From a plasmid: 64,000 nt of DNA. A program made the position numbers and the translations under genes. The notes under the pieces were generated by a model that was not told the origin of the DNA, did no database searches, and saw nothing but the letters and a program-made list of their open reading frames with translations. The DNA lies in the sequence record NZ_CP096708.1, one strand, 5' to 3'. This document shows, one piece after another, positions 1-9,300 of the stretch (position 1 is its first letter; each line of letters starts with the position of its first letter).

Positions 1-78
1 TGCCACACTAAGATTTGCTTTTGAAGAGCTTGAAGATCATGTATTTAATAATACATTAGTCAAAATACACGACAATTT

Positions 79-720
79 TTGCAGAATCTGCCAGCCAATG
101 ATGTTCTCCTTACTGGTTCACGCGGCACAGGAAAATCTTCAATTGTCCGTGCCCTTTTAACCGAGTATAAAGATCAAGGATTACGTTTAATTGAAATTGA
201 ACGTGATGATCTGTCCGATCTTCCTGAAATCCAGAAGCTCATCCAGAAGCGTCCGGAAAAGTTCATTGTCTACTGCGATGATCTGGCCTTTAATGCTGAA
301 GATGAAAACTATCGCAGCTTAAAAAGTGTACTTGATGGCTCATTACAGTCAGGTTCAAGTAATTTTATTATTTATGCAACCAGCAACCGTCGACATCTGT
401 TACCAGAATTTATGCATGAGAACACGCCAGTGACTCGTGTAGATGTACCGCAATATACCGAGTTGCATCCACAAGAAGCCATTGAGGAAAAAATTTCACT
501 CTCGGATCGTTTTGGAATGTGGCTTTCATTCTATCCAATGGATCAAAACCTGTATTTAACCATTGTAGAACACTATCTTGCTAAAACAGATATGCCAATG
601 AATGACGAAGCCCATGCTGAAGCCCTACGCTGGTGTCAGGCACGTGGTCAACGGTCAGGACGTGCCGCCTATCAGTTCTCTAAACACTGGATTGGATCAC
701 AACAACTAAAAGCACTGTAA
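79..720 (+). CDS. AAA-type ATPase (Tn2006-associated ATPase gene; an in-frame stop lies upstream at 22-24)
   Basis: Walker A P-loop LTGSRGTGKSS near the N-terminus. It converges on blaOXA-23, as the ATPase gene does in Tn2006/Tn2008-type modules. Confidence 0.6.
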   Translation: MQNLPANDVLLTGSRGTGKSSIVRALLTEYKDQGLRLIEIERDDLSDLPEIQKLIQKRPEKFIVYCDDLAFNAEDENYRSLKSVLDGSLQSGSSNFIIYATSNRRHLLPEFMHENTPVTRVDVPQYTELHPQEAIEEKISLSDRFGMWLSFYPMDQNLYLTIVEHYLAKTDMPMNDEAHAEALRWCQARGQRSGRAAYQFSKHWIGSQQLKAL

Positions 721-767
721 AATTTTAAACTAGAAAAATTAACAGGTTTCATTATTAGTCAGATTAT

Positions 768-798
768 AAAAGGCCCATTTATCTCAAATGGGCTTTTT
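768..798. terminator. Bidirectional intrinsic terminator between the ATPase gene and blaOXA-23
   Basis: GCCCATTT-ATCTC-AAATGGGC flanked by an A-run and a T-run. Confidence 0.65.
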
Positions 799-824
799 AT
801 AAAATTAGAGTTTCTGTCAAGCTC

Positions 825-1740
<916 letters not shown>

Positions 1741-1751
1741 CGACGAATACT

Positions 1752-2321
1752 ATGACACATCTCAATGAGTTATATCTTATCTTAAACAAATATCTAAAAT
1801 GGAACAAGTCACATTTAAAGTGCTTTGCGCTCATCATGCTTGTGATTATTTTAAAGCAAACATGTAATCTTTCTTCTGCATCTAAAGCCTTGCCCATCAA
1901 GTGCTTACCACAATCATTTTATCGACGTATGCAGCGCTTCTTTGCAGGTCAGTATTTTGATTATCGTCAAATTTCTCAGTTGATTTTCAATATGTTTTCA
2001 TTCGACCAAGTGCAACTGACTTTAGATAGAACCAATTGGAAATGGGGAAAACGAAATATTAATATCCTGATGCTCGCAATCGTTTATCGTGGAATAGCGA
2101 TACCTATCCTTTGGACATTGCTTAATAAACGTGGAAATTCAGATACGAAAGAGCGTATTGCTTTGATTCAACGCTTTATAGCCATTTTTGGTAAAGACCG
2201 TATTGTGAATGTGTTCGCAGACAGAGAGTTTATCGGTGAGCAGTGGTTTACATGGTTAATTGAACAAGACATCAACTTCTGCATTCGTGTTAAAAAAACT
2301 TCATTGTCACCAATCATTTAG
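1752..2321 (+). CDS. ISAba1 transposase orfA (189 aa)
   Basis: A 189-aa ORF lying inside the IS boundaries. Confidence 0.85.
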   Translation: MTHLNELYLILNKYLKWNKSHLKCFALIMLVIILKQTCNLSSASKALPIKCLPQSFYRRMQRFFAGQYFDYRQISQLIFNMFSFDQVQLTLDRTNWKWGKRNINILMLAIVYRGIAIPILWTLLNKRGNSDTKERIALIQRFIAIFGKDRIVNVFADREFIGEQWFTWLIEQDINFCIRVKKTSLSPII

Positions 2322-2395
2322 GAAAGAATCATAAAATTAGTGATTTATTTCGCCATCTTAAAGTTGGTCAAATTGAATGTCGTAAACGACGGATT

Positions 2396-2842
2396 TTGGT
2401 TGGTCGGGTGAAACTATATATAAGTGCACTACAGTTAGAAAATGGAGAGCTTTTACTCGTCGTTTCTCCTCAGTTTAATGCCAATGCTATTCAGGATTAT
2501 GCATTACGCTGGGAAATTGAAACCTTATTCAGTTGTCTCAAAGGACGCGGGTTTAATCTTGAAAATACGCGCTTGACAGACCCTAGACGAGTGAAAAAAT
2601 TGATTGCGGTGTTAGCTATAAGCTTCTGTTGGTGTTACTTAACGGGTGAATGGCAACATGATCAAAAAAAAGCGATAAAAATAAAGAAGCATGGACGACT
2701 CTCAATGAGTTTATTTCGCTATGGTTTAGACTATGTTCAAATGGCGATTCAGCGTTTAATTGGTTTTGGGAAAAAAGAAGAGTTTAAGGAAATTTTGGCA
2801 ATTTTAAGAAGGCAGAATCCTGATAGGATAAGGGTTCTGTGA
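2396..2842 (+). CDS. ISAba1 transposase orfB (DDE catalytic part; start probably further upstream at a non-ATG codon)
   Basis: Second ORF inside the IS, ending 18 bp before the IRR. Confidence 0.7.
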   Translation: MVGRVKLYISALQLENGELLLVVSPQFNANAIQDYALRWEIETLFSCLKGRGFNLENTRLTDPRRVKKLIAVLAISFCWCYLTGEWQHDQKKAIKIKKHGRLSMSLFRYGLDYVQMAIQRLIGFGKKEEFKEILAILRRQNPDRIRVL

Positions 2843-2845
2843 AAT

Positions 2846-3325
2846 TTGTCGTGTACAGAGGAACATCTAGATGAAATACTAGAATCATTTAAAAAACGAG
2901 TTGAGGAGGGGAAGTTTATTGCAATGCCTGATCTTCAACGAAGTATTGAAATGCGCGAATGTGACCACCTAATTGATCTTCACGAGAATAATATTTCATA
3001 TTATCCGAACCTCATTAGTAAAGTGGATCATTCTTATAATTTTAATGGCAACATAAAACCTAATCAGAAACATGTAACTTGTGTTTTAGGGAAATTACTC
3101 AACTCAGCAGTTCCTGAAAACTATCTAAACAATTTTGCTTTCTCACTTTATAGAGAAAAAATTACCAGTGCCGATTACAAAGAGTTTGTTAAAACAATAA
3201 ATGCTGATGGTGTTGTTACTTATTCCGAAGCTATCGAATTATATAATCGGATTCACAAAAGAGAGAGTGAAAAAAGATCAACAGAATCATTGTCAGATAA
3301 AGTAGCGAGATTTTTTAATGAATAA
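2846..3325 (+). CDS. Hypothetical protein; the called start lies inside the ISAba1 IRR, so this may be a 5'-disrupted gene or start at the ATG at 2921
   Basis: The ORF is continuous. The 9-bp flanks of the IS (aaaaaagag and gaacatcta) are not a target duplication. Confidence 0.35.
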   Translation: MSCTEEHLDEILESFKKRVEEGKFIAMPDLQRSIEMRECDHLIDLHENNISYYPNLISKVDHSYNFNGNIKPNQKHVTCVLGKLLNSAVPENYLNNFAFSLYREKITSADYKEFVKTINADGVVTYSEAIELYNRIHKRESEKRSTESLSDKVARFFNE

Positions 3326-3755
3326 TGAAATTCATAATCTCCTAGCTAAGTCGGATAGTGAAATTTCGAATCTAGCTAAAAAACCTGTATTGCATACTGA
3401 ATTTAAAAGATTTCAAAAACAGCTAGAAATGATACTGTTATATTTCCATGTTCTACCTGAATCAATTCAATGGAATTTTGAAAAAGGTATTATGTTTCCT
3501 GAATTTAATGGCGAAATCATGATTCATAGTTCTGGATATGGCTATGGTGATGCTGGCTATTTCTTTGCTCTTGTAGATAAATTTCAGTTAGCAATGTTTA
3601 TCAATCTATATTTTTGGCAGACCAGCAGAGATCATTATAACGAGCTGTATTTGGATGAATTACATAATTTATGTTGTTCTGTCGTTGATTATCTCCAAGA
3701 TTTTATCAAGCAAAATAATATTGATTTAACAAGTTGTATCATAACTGATCATTAG
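3318..3755 (+). CDS. Hypothetical protein
   Basis: A 145-aa ORF overlapping the previous ORF by 8 bp, which suggests translational coupling. Confidence 0.4.
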   Translation: MNNEIHNLLAKSDSEISNLAKKPVLHTEFKRFQKQLEMILLYFHVLPESIQWNFEKGIMFPEFNGEIMIHSSGYGYGDAGYFFALVDKFQLAMFINLYFWQTSRDHYNELYLDELHNLCCSVVDYLQDFIKQNNIDLTSCIITDH

Positions 3756-3944
3756 GGCGTTCCCTTCGGGACAGGCTTGTTGGCTTCGCTCGAACTCAAA
3801 CCTAAAACGTTGGTCACAGTGTTTAAAATCTAGTTTCATGCATAGCATGAACCTGATTTTAATACACCGCAGAACCAACGTTTTTTTACGCTTTGATTTC
3901 GCCCCTTCGGGCAACATCCCTAACGCCAATATCGAATACCTATT
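3755..3944. repeat. Repeat element A, copy 1: structured element of about 190 bp
   Basis: About 97% identical to 6832-7018. It has two CCCTTCGGG (UUCG-loop) mini-hairpins at its ends and a long imperfect central hairpin: AAAACGTTGGT ... ACCAACGTTTT, an inner TTAAAATC/GATTTTAA stem, and an apical CATGCATAGCATG palindrome. Confidence 0.8.
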
Positions 3945-4062
3945 GCTAAATCTGTTCTGACTAGGATCACTGCTGTACTCTCTATTCGTGCTTAAAACGC
4001 AAATGAGGCCCTTCTGGACGCATTCTATGTGGGATCCCGTATTCTATCCATTCCATGCAGAG

Positions 4063-4252
4063 CAGCTGCCATAGATAGATGCATCTATGTAATCAGGAAC
4101 TAGGGCTTTGTAAGAGTGGCCATCATAGATAAAAACGTCTATGGCCGTGGCAAACTTAGCTTCAGTATAGATAAATATGTCTATGCTCGATTTACCTGGA
4201 AACATAGTCAAGTCTATCTATGCGCTTATGCTTTCTAGTGCGGATCCGCAAC
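4063..4252 (+). repeat. Repeat element B, copy 1: four 18-bp inverted-repeat operator-like sites plus a terminal palindrome
   Basis: Sites of the form ATAGAT-N6-RTCTAT lie at 4071-4088, 4125-4142, 4167-4184 and 4204-4221. The block ends with TGCGGATCCGCAAC. It is nearly identical to 45994-46183 and 61501-61700. Confidence 0.8.
4239..4252. repeat. Palindrome family copy (TGCGGATCCGCAAC)
   Basis: At the end of repeat B copy 1. Confidence 0.9.
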
Positions 4253-4442
4253 CTGGAGTCGCAACTCTGCGAGATTGCTCTGTAAAGGCCGTGTAGTGCC
4301 AAATAAAGGCAGTTGCGTTGCTGCGGTCAGCTCGACTTAATCACAGATTAAGTCGGCTTCGCTTGCAACCTGCAACGGTAATCAAGGAGGGAAGATACTT
4401 GAATTTCACCAGTTCGCAACGTAGACACGTTGCTCTGTTTAT
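4253..4442 (+). repeat. Repeat element C, copy 1: possible small RNA unit
   Basis: Contains a 10-bp-stem hairpin CGACTTAATC-ACA-GATTAAGTCG, an AAGGAGGG Shine-Dalgarno-like motif, and a terminal hairpin GCAACGT-AGAC-ACGTTGC followed by a T-rich tract. Near-identical copies lie at 7067-7247 and 61701-61878. A diverged inverted copy lies at 45779-45906. Confidence 0.75.
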
Positions 4443-4520
4443 TATGGTGAAATAGCCTTAAAGCAAAATACATGACCCTAGCATAAGCTAGGGGTTTTGT
4501 TATTTTCCAATCTTAGTATC

Positions 4521-4775
4521 CTATACTTTTCCAAGTACATTGGATGCTATCTTTTCTAGTAAGGCGCTATGTTGATCAGAAATATCTTCGATATACATTT
4601 TATATTCATTAAGATCAATGACATTAGCAAGACCCAAACCAGTCACTAACCCTTTTGCATAATGCATTGTTTCATTCAGTTGACGCTGTTGATTAAATTT
4701 TGAGTCTAATGATAAAGCATCTTCCATGTTTTTTATGGAACTCTCAATTTGATTAATTATGAAATCTTTATACAT
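4521..4775 (-). CDS. Hypothetical protein (84 aa)
   Basis: A minus-strand ORF between repeat blocks with no recognisable motif. Confidence 0.3.
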   Translation of the reverse strand: MYKDFIINQIESSIKNMEDALSLDSKFNQQRQLNETMHYAKGLVTGLGLANVIDLNEYKMYIEDISDQHSALLEKIASNVLGKV

Positions 4776-4880
4776 GTTGCTGGATCCTGCACTTTAATTA
4801 ATATGCTATCAAAACCATATAATTATTTTACCACTAATTTAAATAAAATAACAATTAATTTACTTATAATTTTAAAAATA

Positions 4881-4948
4881 GGTTATAATATTTTCATGGA
4901 ATCGGATAGGCTGATTCCTATTAGAGCCGTGAGGCTTAAGGTGAAGAA
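4881..4948 (+). promoter_or_regulatory. Conserved promoter-leader-RBS module (full form)
   Basis: -10 box TTATAAT at 4883-4889. Hairpin 1 GGAATC-GGATAGGCT-GATTCC at 4898-4918. Hairpin 2 AGCC-GTGA-GGCT at 4925-4936. Shine-Dalgarno TAAGGTG at 4937-4943. ATG at 4949. Confidence 0.7.
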
Positions 4949-5392
4949 ATGAAAAATGATTTAGTTTTAAGTTATACCCTTTCTAATGGTGAAACTCATT
5001 TTTATGGCTATTTTATACATCGCAATGATGGTTCGCTTACATCTGGTTTCAATCAAACACCAGAGGAAGTTATTGAAGGGCTTAAACAACGTTATGGCGA
5101 GCGATTAGTCTCAACATCACTAGATGATGAAATTGAATATTTCAAAAAGGAGTTAGAGTTTTTAATTCCAAAGCAAATTGACGAAGAAGAATATAAAAGT
5201 AAATTCAATATATTACCTCCTGCAAAAATGTATAAGAGTGAGTCGGTAGAAGCATTCATGTGTACAGAGCCGTTAGCTATCAATCTGTATACCCATTTCG
5301 TTAATTTTCCTAAGCATAAAAAGGCTTTCCAGATCGTAGCGTTTGGAAATACGCCAATAACAGACGTTATCAAACAAGCAGAACATTTTTGA
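4949..5392 (+). CDS. Hypothetical protein (147 aa)
   Basis: The ORF sits directly behind a conserved leader module. Confidence 0.55.
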   Translation: MKNDLVLSYTLSNGETHFYGYFIHRNDGSLTSGFNQTPEEVIEGLKQRYGERLVSTSLDDEIEYFKKELEFLIPKQIDEEEYKSKFNILPPAKMYKSESVEAFMCTEPLAINLYTHFVNFPKHKKAFQIVAFGNTPITDVIKQAEHF

Positions 5393-5399
5393 TTTTCAT

Positions 5400-5454
5400 G
5401 GGGTAGAAATACCCCAATTTTAATTAATGAGCTGAAAAGCTTAAGGTGAAATTT
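5400..5454 (+). promoter_or_regulatory. Conserved leader-RBS module (variant)
   Basis: Hairpin GGGGTA-GAAA-TACCCC at 5400-5415. Hairpin 2 AGCT-GAAA-AGCT at 5430-5441. Shine-Dalgarno AAGGTG at 5443-5448. ATG at 5455. Confidence 0.65.
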
Positions 5455-6507
5455 ATGAAAAATATTACTGATTCAATTATTCAAAAACTAGGTCTAATTA
5501 CGTTTGAAGAGTTAGAAAAAGGCGATTTAGAAATATTTACTAACTTTGATACGTGTAAGGTAATTATCAAGGAAATTAAAAAAAATTGGAGTGAAGAAAA
5601 AGTATTTAAAATTTTGTTCGATGCTCTTAACGGCGACTTTATCTATTGTAACTCACAACAAGAATTACAAGCATTTATTAAGTACTTCAAGACTACTAAT
5701 AAACAATCGAATAAAGCTGAGCAACATTTCTTTGTACAGCCAACTAAACCCTACATGGTTGATCCCAAAAAACGCTATTTCATTGCCAATCTAGCAGTTC
5801 CCAATCTTCAAATTGAAAACTTAAAGGATGTTGATAATTTAACGAGTCGAGAAGTGGAATTTATAAATAAAGTTAAAGATGGTTTTGCAAATCCTGACAT
5901 TGACAAGTCTTTCCTAAACTTTTTAGAGGACTATAAAAAAATAGTTGCAGCAGAGTACCAGAGGAAAACAAACCAAAATAAAAAAGCAATGGATGAAATT
6001 GAATGGTTCATTGGCAATGGCTTTTTTATTCCTGAGCAAATTCTCAAGTACGAAGATAAAAACAAAATCCTCGATATCATTGTGTACTGCAATATTGCAG
6101 CTTTGAATTGGTTGTTGATCCCAAGTAACTTGTCTAAATATGAAAATATTCATCAAAACGACTTGTTAGCTTTAACCAAATATTTGTACCTGATGCAAAC
6201 AATATTGGCAGAAACTGAAATCACAAAATTAAGAAGTGGCGATGTAGAGGAATATTGTTTTAGGAAAAAAGGATATTATTTTTTAGATGAATTAAGTAGT
6301 GAAGAGATTGATCATTATTGTGAGGGAGAAGATTATGAAGTCTGGATTGTAAAATCTAAAGATAATGAAATCGAACCTGAAACCGCAGAAAAAGCCTATG
6401 ATGCATATGGAAATAGTTACGCATACGACTTAAAAGAACTAAAGGATACTTTGCAAAAATTTATATCCTTAAATGAAGTGCAGTTTTTACTTTACAAAAA
6501 GATTTAA
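5455..6507 (+). CDS. Hypothetical protein (about 350 aa)
   Basis: A long ORF. Start taken as the ATG at 5455 behind the Shine-Dalgarno; the track uses a GTG at 5446. Confidence 0.55.
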   Translation: MKNITDSIIQKLGLITFEELEKGDLEIFTNFDTCKVIIKEIKKNWSEEKVFKILFDALNGDFIYCNSQQELQAFIKYFKTTNKQSNKAEQHFFVQPTKPYMVDPKKRYFIANLAVPNLQIENLKDVDNLTSREVEFINKVKDGFANPDIDKSFLNFLEDYKKIVAAEYQRKTNQNKKAMDEIEWFIGNGFFIPEQILKYEDKNKILDIIVYCNIAALNWLLIPSNLSKYENIHQNDLLALTKYLYLMQTILAETEITKLRSGDVEEYCFRKKGYYFLDELSSEEIDHYCEGEDYEVWIVKSKDNEIEPETAEKAYDAYGNSYAYDLKELKDTLQKFISLNEVQFLLYKKI

Positions 6508-6568
6508 GACGCATAAAGGTCACATCATTTGATTGGTGTGACCACAATTATTTCAGGGTAGAGCACGA

Positions 6569-6766
6569 ATGAAAAATGAATATTCTGATTCAGAACTAGA
6601 AAAACTGTGGTGTGAATTAAGCAAAATAGCTATTGCGGTAAATGAAAATTTTATTGAACAAGACTTCATATTTTTTGAAGCAGGTACAGACATAATTGAA
6701 ATTTGGATTTGGTTCGATCAGTTACATTCAAAAGGGGTTAAATGGCTGCAAGATAATATTGATTAG
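6569..6766 (+). CDS. Hypothetical small acidic protein (65 aa)
   Basis: A short ORF followed by a palindrome plus T-run terminator. Confidence 0.35.
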   Translation: MKNEYSDSELEKLWCELSKIAIAVNENFIEQDFIFFEAGTDIIEIWIWFDQLHSKGVKWLQDNID

Positions 6767-6804
6767 CAAGATCTAGTTGCGGATCCGCAACTATTTTTTA
6801 AATT

Positions 6805-6828
6805 AATATTTTTTTCTTTATCTTTCTT
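6805..6828 (+). terminator. Intrinsic terminator formed by palindrome copy GTTGCGGATCCGCAAC plus T-run
   Basis: A perfect 16-bp palindrome at 6805-6820 followed by TATTTTTT. Confidence 0.5.
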
Positions 6829-6831
6829 TAT

Positions 6832-7018
6832 GGGCGTTCCCTTCGGGACAGGCTTGTTGGCTTCGCTCGAACTCAAACCTAAAACGTTGGTCACAGTGTT
6901 TAAAATCTAGTTTCATGCATGGCATGAACCTGATTTTAATACACCGCAAAACCAACGTTTTTTACGCTTTGATTTCGCCCCTTCGGGCAACATCCCTAAC
7001 GCTATAATCAAATACCTG
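6832..7018. repeat. Repeat element A, copy 2
   Basis: Near-identical to 3755-3944. Confidence 0.8.
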
Positions 7019-7066
7019 GTACGAATTTTATGCCTATTTGAAGCATAATTTTATATCAATAATATT

Positions 7067-7247
7067 GAGTCGCAACTCTGCGAGATTGCTCTGTAAAGGG
7101 CGTGTAGTGCCAAATAAAGGCAGTTGCGTTGCTGCGGTCAGCTCGACTTAATCACAGATTAAGTCGGCTTCGCTTGCAACCTGCAACGGTAATCAAGGAG
7201 GGAAGATACTTGAATTTCATCAGTTCGCAACGTAGACACGTTGCTCT
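7067..7247 (+). repeat. Repeat element C, copy 2
   Basis: Near-identical to 4259-4439. Here it is not preceded by block B. Confidence 0.75.
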
Positions 7248-7356
7248 AGATTTTATGTCAAAAATTCACAAATATAAGTCTCTGTTTTTACTGGTTTTAT
7301 TTATTTATAAAATGCCTATAATATTGTTTTTTATGCTTTTTTTATTTATCTGATGT

Positions 7357-7425
7357 GATATAATTAGAATTAAGAAATTGGATAGGCTAATTTCTTAATA
7401 GAGCTGAAAAGCTTAAGGTGAAAAT
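7357..7425 (+). promoter_or_regulatory. Conserved promoter-leader-RBS module (full form)
   Basis: -10 box GATATAAT at 7357-7364. Hairpin 1 GAAATT-GGATAGGCT-AATTTC at 7374-7394, with both arms changed in a compensatory way relative to other copies. Hairpin 2 AGCT-GAAA-AGCT at 7402-7413. Shine-Dalgarno AAGGTG. ATG at 7426. Confidence 0.7.
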
Positions 7426-7737
7426 ATGAATACTTATACAAAAATTGCAATCAATTACTTCAAAAATTTGCTATCCGTTAGCGAACAAAATAACGGATTG
7501 AAATATTCAGAATCAATGCAAAACCCGAAGCACATAGCCTGTAATGAAACTACTTTTTTCATAACTCAAATTGAAAATTCAATTGTAATTATCGACTGTG
7601 ATCATGAAAGTTTTTTGCCGTATTCGATTGATGCCTGTTTAGATTTTACGTCTAACAGCGTTAAAGAAGCAGCAGAGAAAGCGATTGATTATTATTGTCA
7701 AATTCGTGATCACTATTTTGAATTAATTAATCAATAA
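7426..7737 (+). CDS. Hypothetical protein (103 aa)
   Basis: The ORF sits behind a leader module. Confidence 0.5.
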   Translation: MNTYTKIAINYFKNLLSVSEQNNGLKYSESMQNPKHIACNETTFFITQIENSIVIIDCDHESFLPYSIDACLDFTSNSVKEAAEKAIDYYCQIRDHYFELINQ

Positions 7738-7746
7738 GTTTATTTA

Positions 7747-7769
7747 GAGCCGACAGGCTTAAGGAGTTA
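7747..7769 (+). promoter_or_regulatory. Conserved leader-RBS module (hairpin 2 only)
   Basis: AGCC-GACA-GGCT at 7747-7758. AAGGAG at 7761-7766. ATG at 7770. Confidence 0.6.
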
Positions 7770-8270
7770 ATGATGAAAAACTGGTTCAGTACAGCAGTAA
7801 AAAGTCTTGATGATTTAAAAAAAGAATATCGTAAATTATGCTTTAAGCATCATCCCGATATGGGTGGAACAACTGAAGATATGCAGGCCATAAATTCAGA
7901 ATACGAGCAACTTTTAAAAAAATTAATTAATCAAAAAGCTGATAGTAACTATTCGGATAAATCAACATTTTCAAACCGAGAGGAAGAGATAGAAGCAGAA
8001 ATTAAGCTAAGAGAAGTTTTAGAAAAAATTGAAATTTTAGAGGGCTTAGAAATCGAGAAAATTGGATTATGGTTATATGTTTCTGGCAACACAAAAGCTC
8101 ATAAAGACAAGTTAAAAGAAGCAGGATTAAAATGGAACCATACGAGGAAACTATGGGTATATGTAGGTACAGAAGCAAGAGGACGTGGTACAAAAGATAT
8201 GGATGAGCTAAGAGCAAAATATGGAAATGAAAAATTTAAAACTCGATCAAAAATAAAGAAAATTGCTTAA
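7770..8270 (+). CDS. J-domain (DnaJ-like) protein
   Basis: HPD tripeptide in the context YRKLCFKHHPDMGG, typical of J domains. Confidence 0.65.
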   Translation: MMKNWFSTAVKSLDDLKKEYRKLCFKHHPDMGGTTEDMQAINSEYEQLLKKLINQKADSNYSDKSTFSNREEEIEAEIKLREVLEKIEILEGLEIEKIGLWLYVSGNTKAHKDKLKEAGLKWNHTRKLWVYVGTEARGRGTKDMDELRAKYGNEKFKTRSKIKKIA

Positions 8271-8342
8271 CTATTTTCTACAAAAGAAGTCGTTTTAAAC
8301 GGCTTTTTTTGTATCAAACTGATTGAAAAAAATAGGGAAAAT

Positions 8343-8414
8343 GTTATAATTTAATCAGGAAATCGGATAGGCTGATTTCTTATTTATGAGCTGAAAAGCT
8401 TAAGGAGTTTTAAA
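8343..8414 (+). promoter_or_regulatory. Conserved promoter-leader-RBS module (full form)
   Basis: -10 box TTATAAT at 8344-8350. Hairpin 1 GAAATC-GGATAGGCT-GATTTC at 8359-8379. Hairpin 2 AGCT-GAAA-AGCT at 8389-8400. AAGGAG at 8402-8407. ATG at 8415. Confidence 0.7.
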
Positions 8415-8723
8415 ATGTCACTTGGTACTTCAATGACTGAAATAAAAGCATTATTTCAAAAATTCACTAACTCAACTCTTAATGATGAAGAAAAAATTTA
8501 TCTGAATACCACAGATAAAAAGGTTATCTTTACAGCATCAAAAATCATTACTCTTCAAATTTCAAAAAATCGTATTGCTTATACAGAGTACGATATTTCA
8601 AATAAAGAAAAAATGAGAATTGTTGCAAAAGAGACTTTAAGTTTTAGTACATCACTAAGCTTTTTAGTGAAATTTCATTTTGCCAAAGTACATGCTGAAA
8701 CAATAATCCAAGCAGCACAATAA
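8415..8723 (+). CDS. Hypothetical protein (102 aa)
   Basis: The ORF sits behind a leader module. Confidence 0.5.
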   Translation: MSLGTSMTEIKALFQKFTNSTLNDEEKIYLNTTDKKVIFTASKIITLQISKNRIAYTEYDISNKEKMRIVAKETLSFSTSLSFLVKFHFAKVHAETIIQAAQ

Positions 8724-8734
8724 TAGGAGTAGAT

Positions 8735-8768
8735 AAAAATGGCTAGTAAATACTAGCCATTTTTTTTA
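8735..8768. terminator. Bidirectional intrinsic terminator
   Basis: A 10-bp perfect stem ATGGCTAGTA/TACTAGCCAT flanked by an A-run and a T-run, between convergent genes. Confidence 0.7.
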
Positions 8769-9143
8769 TTGCTTAAATATTTTTACAACTTCACTAATTT
8801 TAGATTTCCAAACTTTCGGGCTAACATCTAACAAGCCATTTTTTTCAAGAATAGAAACTACTGAATCAACAGTTTTTTTACGTGCTTCTTTGATTTCCTC
8901 TTCTAATGCCTGCTCCAATAATTCGATTTCTTTAACCAAACTTTGTTTTTTATTTAGCAGTTTTTGAGCTTTAGGCGAAAGGTAACTATGTTCTATTTTT
9001 TCAGCTTCATCCTGTTTATTGCTGGTCTTATTTTCTTCAATATTAGAAGTAGCATTGTCAGCAGATTGACTTACAGAATTTTGTGAATCCTGTGGATTTG
9101 TAGCAGTGACTGTATTCATATTTTTTCCATCAAGTTGATACAA
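8766..9143 (-). CDS. Hypothetical coiled-coil protein (125 aa)
   Basis: A Lys/Glu-rich, heptad-like ORF. It is the first gene of the leading region and lies on the opposite strand. Confidence 0.4.
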   Translation of the reverse strand: MYQLDGKNMNTVTATNPQDSQNSVSQSADNATSNIEENKTSNKQDEAEKIEHSYLSPKAQKLLNKKQSLVKEIELLEQALEEEIKEARKKTVDSVVSILEKNGLLDVSPKVWKSKISEVVKIFKQ

Positions 9144-9239
9144 AAATCATTATAAGCATAATCCAAAATTCTATTTTTTGTATAGAGCTAAAATTCTTGC
9201 ACCGTAGCAACATACAATTTTTAAAATTTCGAATATTAA

Positions 9240-9300
9240 TAAATGGGCGGGACAACCCGCAAAAAAAAGCGTCACACACCACGCACCTATCGGTGCTTCG
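9240..9300 (-). promoter_or_regulatory. Candidate oriT: relaxase-binding hairpin plus nic region, with the transferred strand inferred to be the minus strand
   Basis: Read on the minus strand, the sequence is GCACCGATAGGTGC, a 5-bp-stem hairpin (plus-strand coordinates 9282-9295), followed by GTGGTGTGTGAC. This closely parallels the R388 MOBF oriT IR2-nic sequence GCACCGAAAGGTGCGTATTGTCT/AT as recalled. AT-rich repeats TATACGTAAAACGTATA and ATAGCGT-type motifs lie at 9350-9575. The site is immediately upstream of the RHH accessory, traD and traI genes. Confidence 0.5.

Noticed and set aside
3726-3929. 67-aa minus-strand ORF covering repeat element A
   Set aside because: It overlaps the hairpin-rich element A, has no start context, and the second copy of A does not preserve it.
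7129-7353. 74-aa ORF beginning inside repeat element C
   Set aside because: It starts within the repeated non-coding element and reads across its terminator into AT-rich DNA. It is absent in that form from the other C copies.
9241-9270. GGGCGGG-ACAA-CCCGC hairpin followed by an A-run as an intrinsic terminator
   Set aside because: The run is A on the plus strand and precedes the stem on the minus strand, so it is not followed by U on either strand. It is more plausibly part of the oriT secondary structure.
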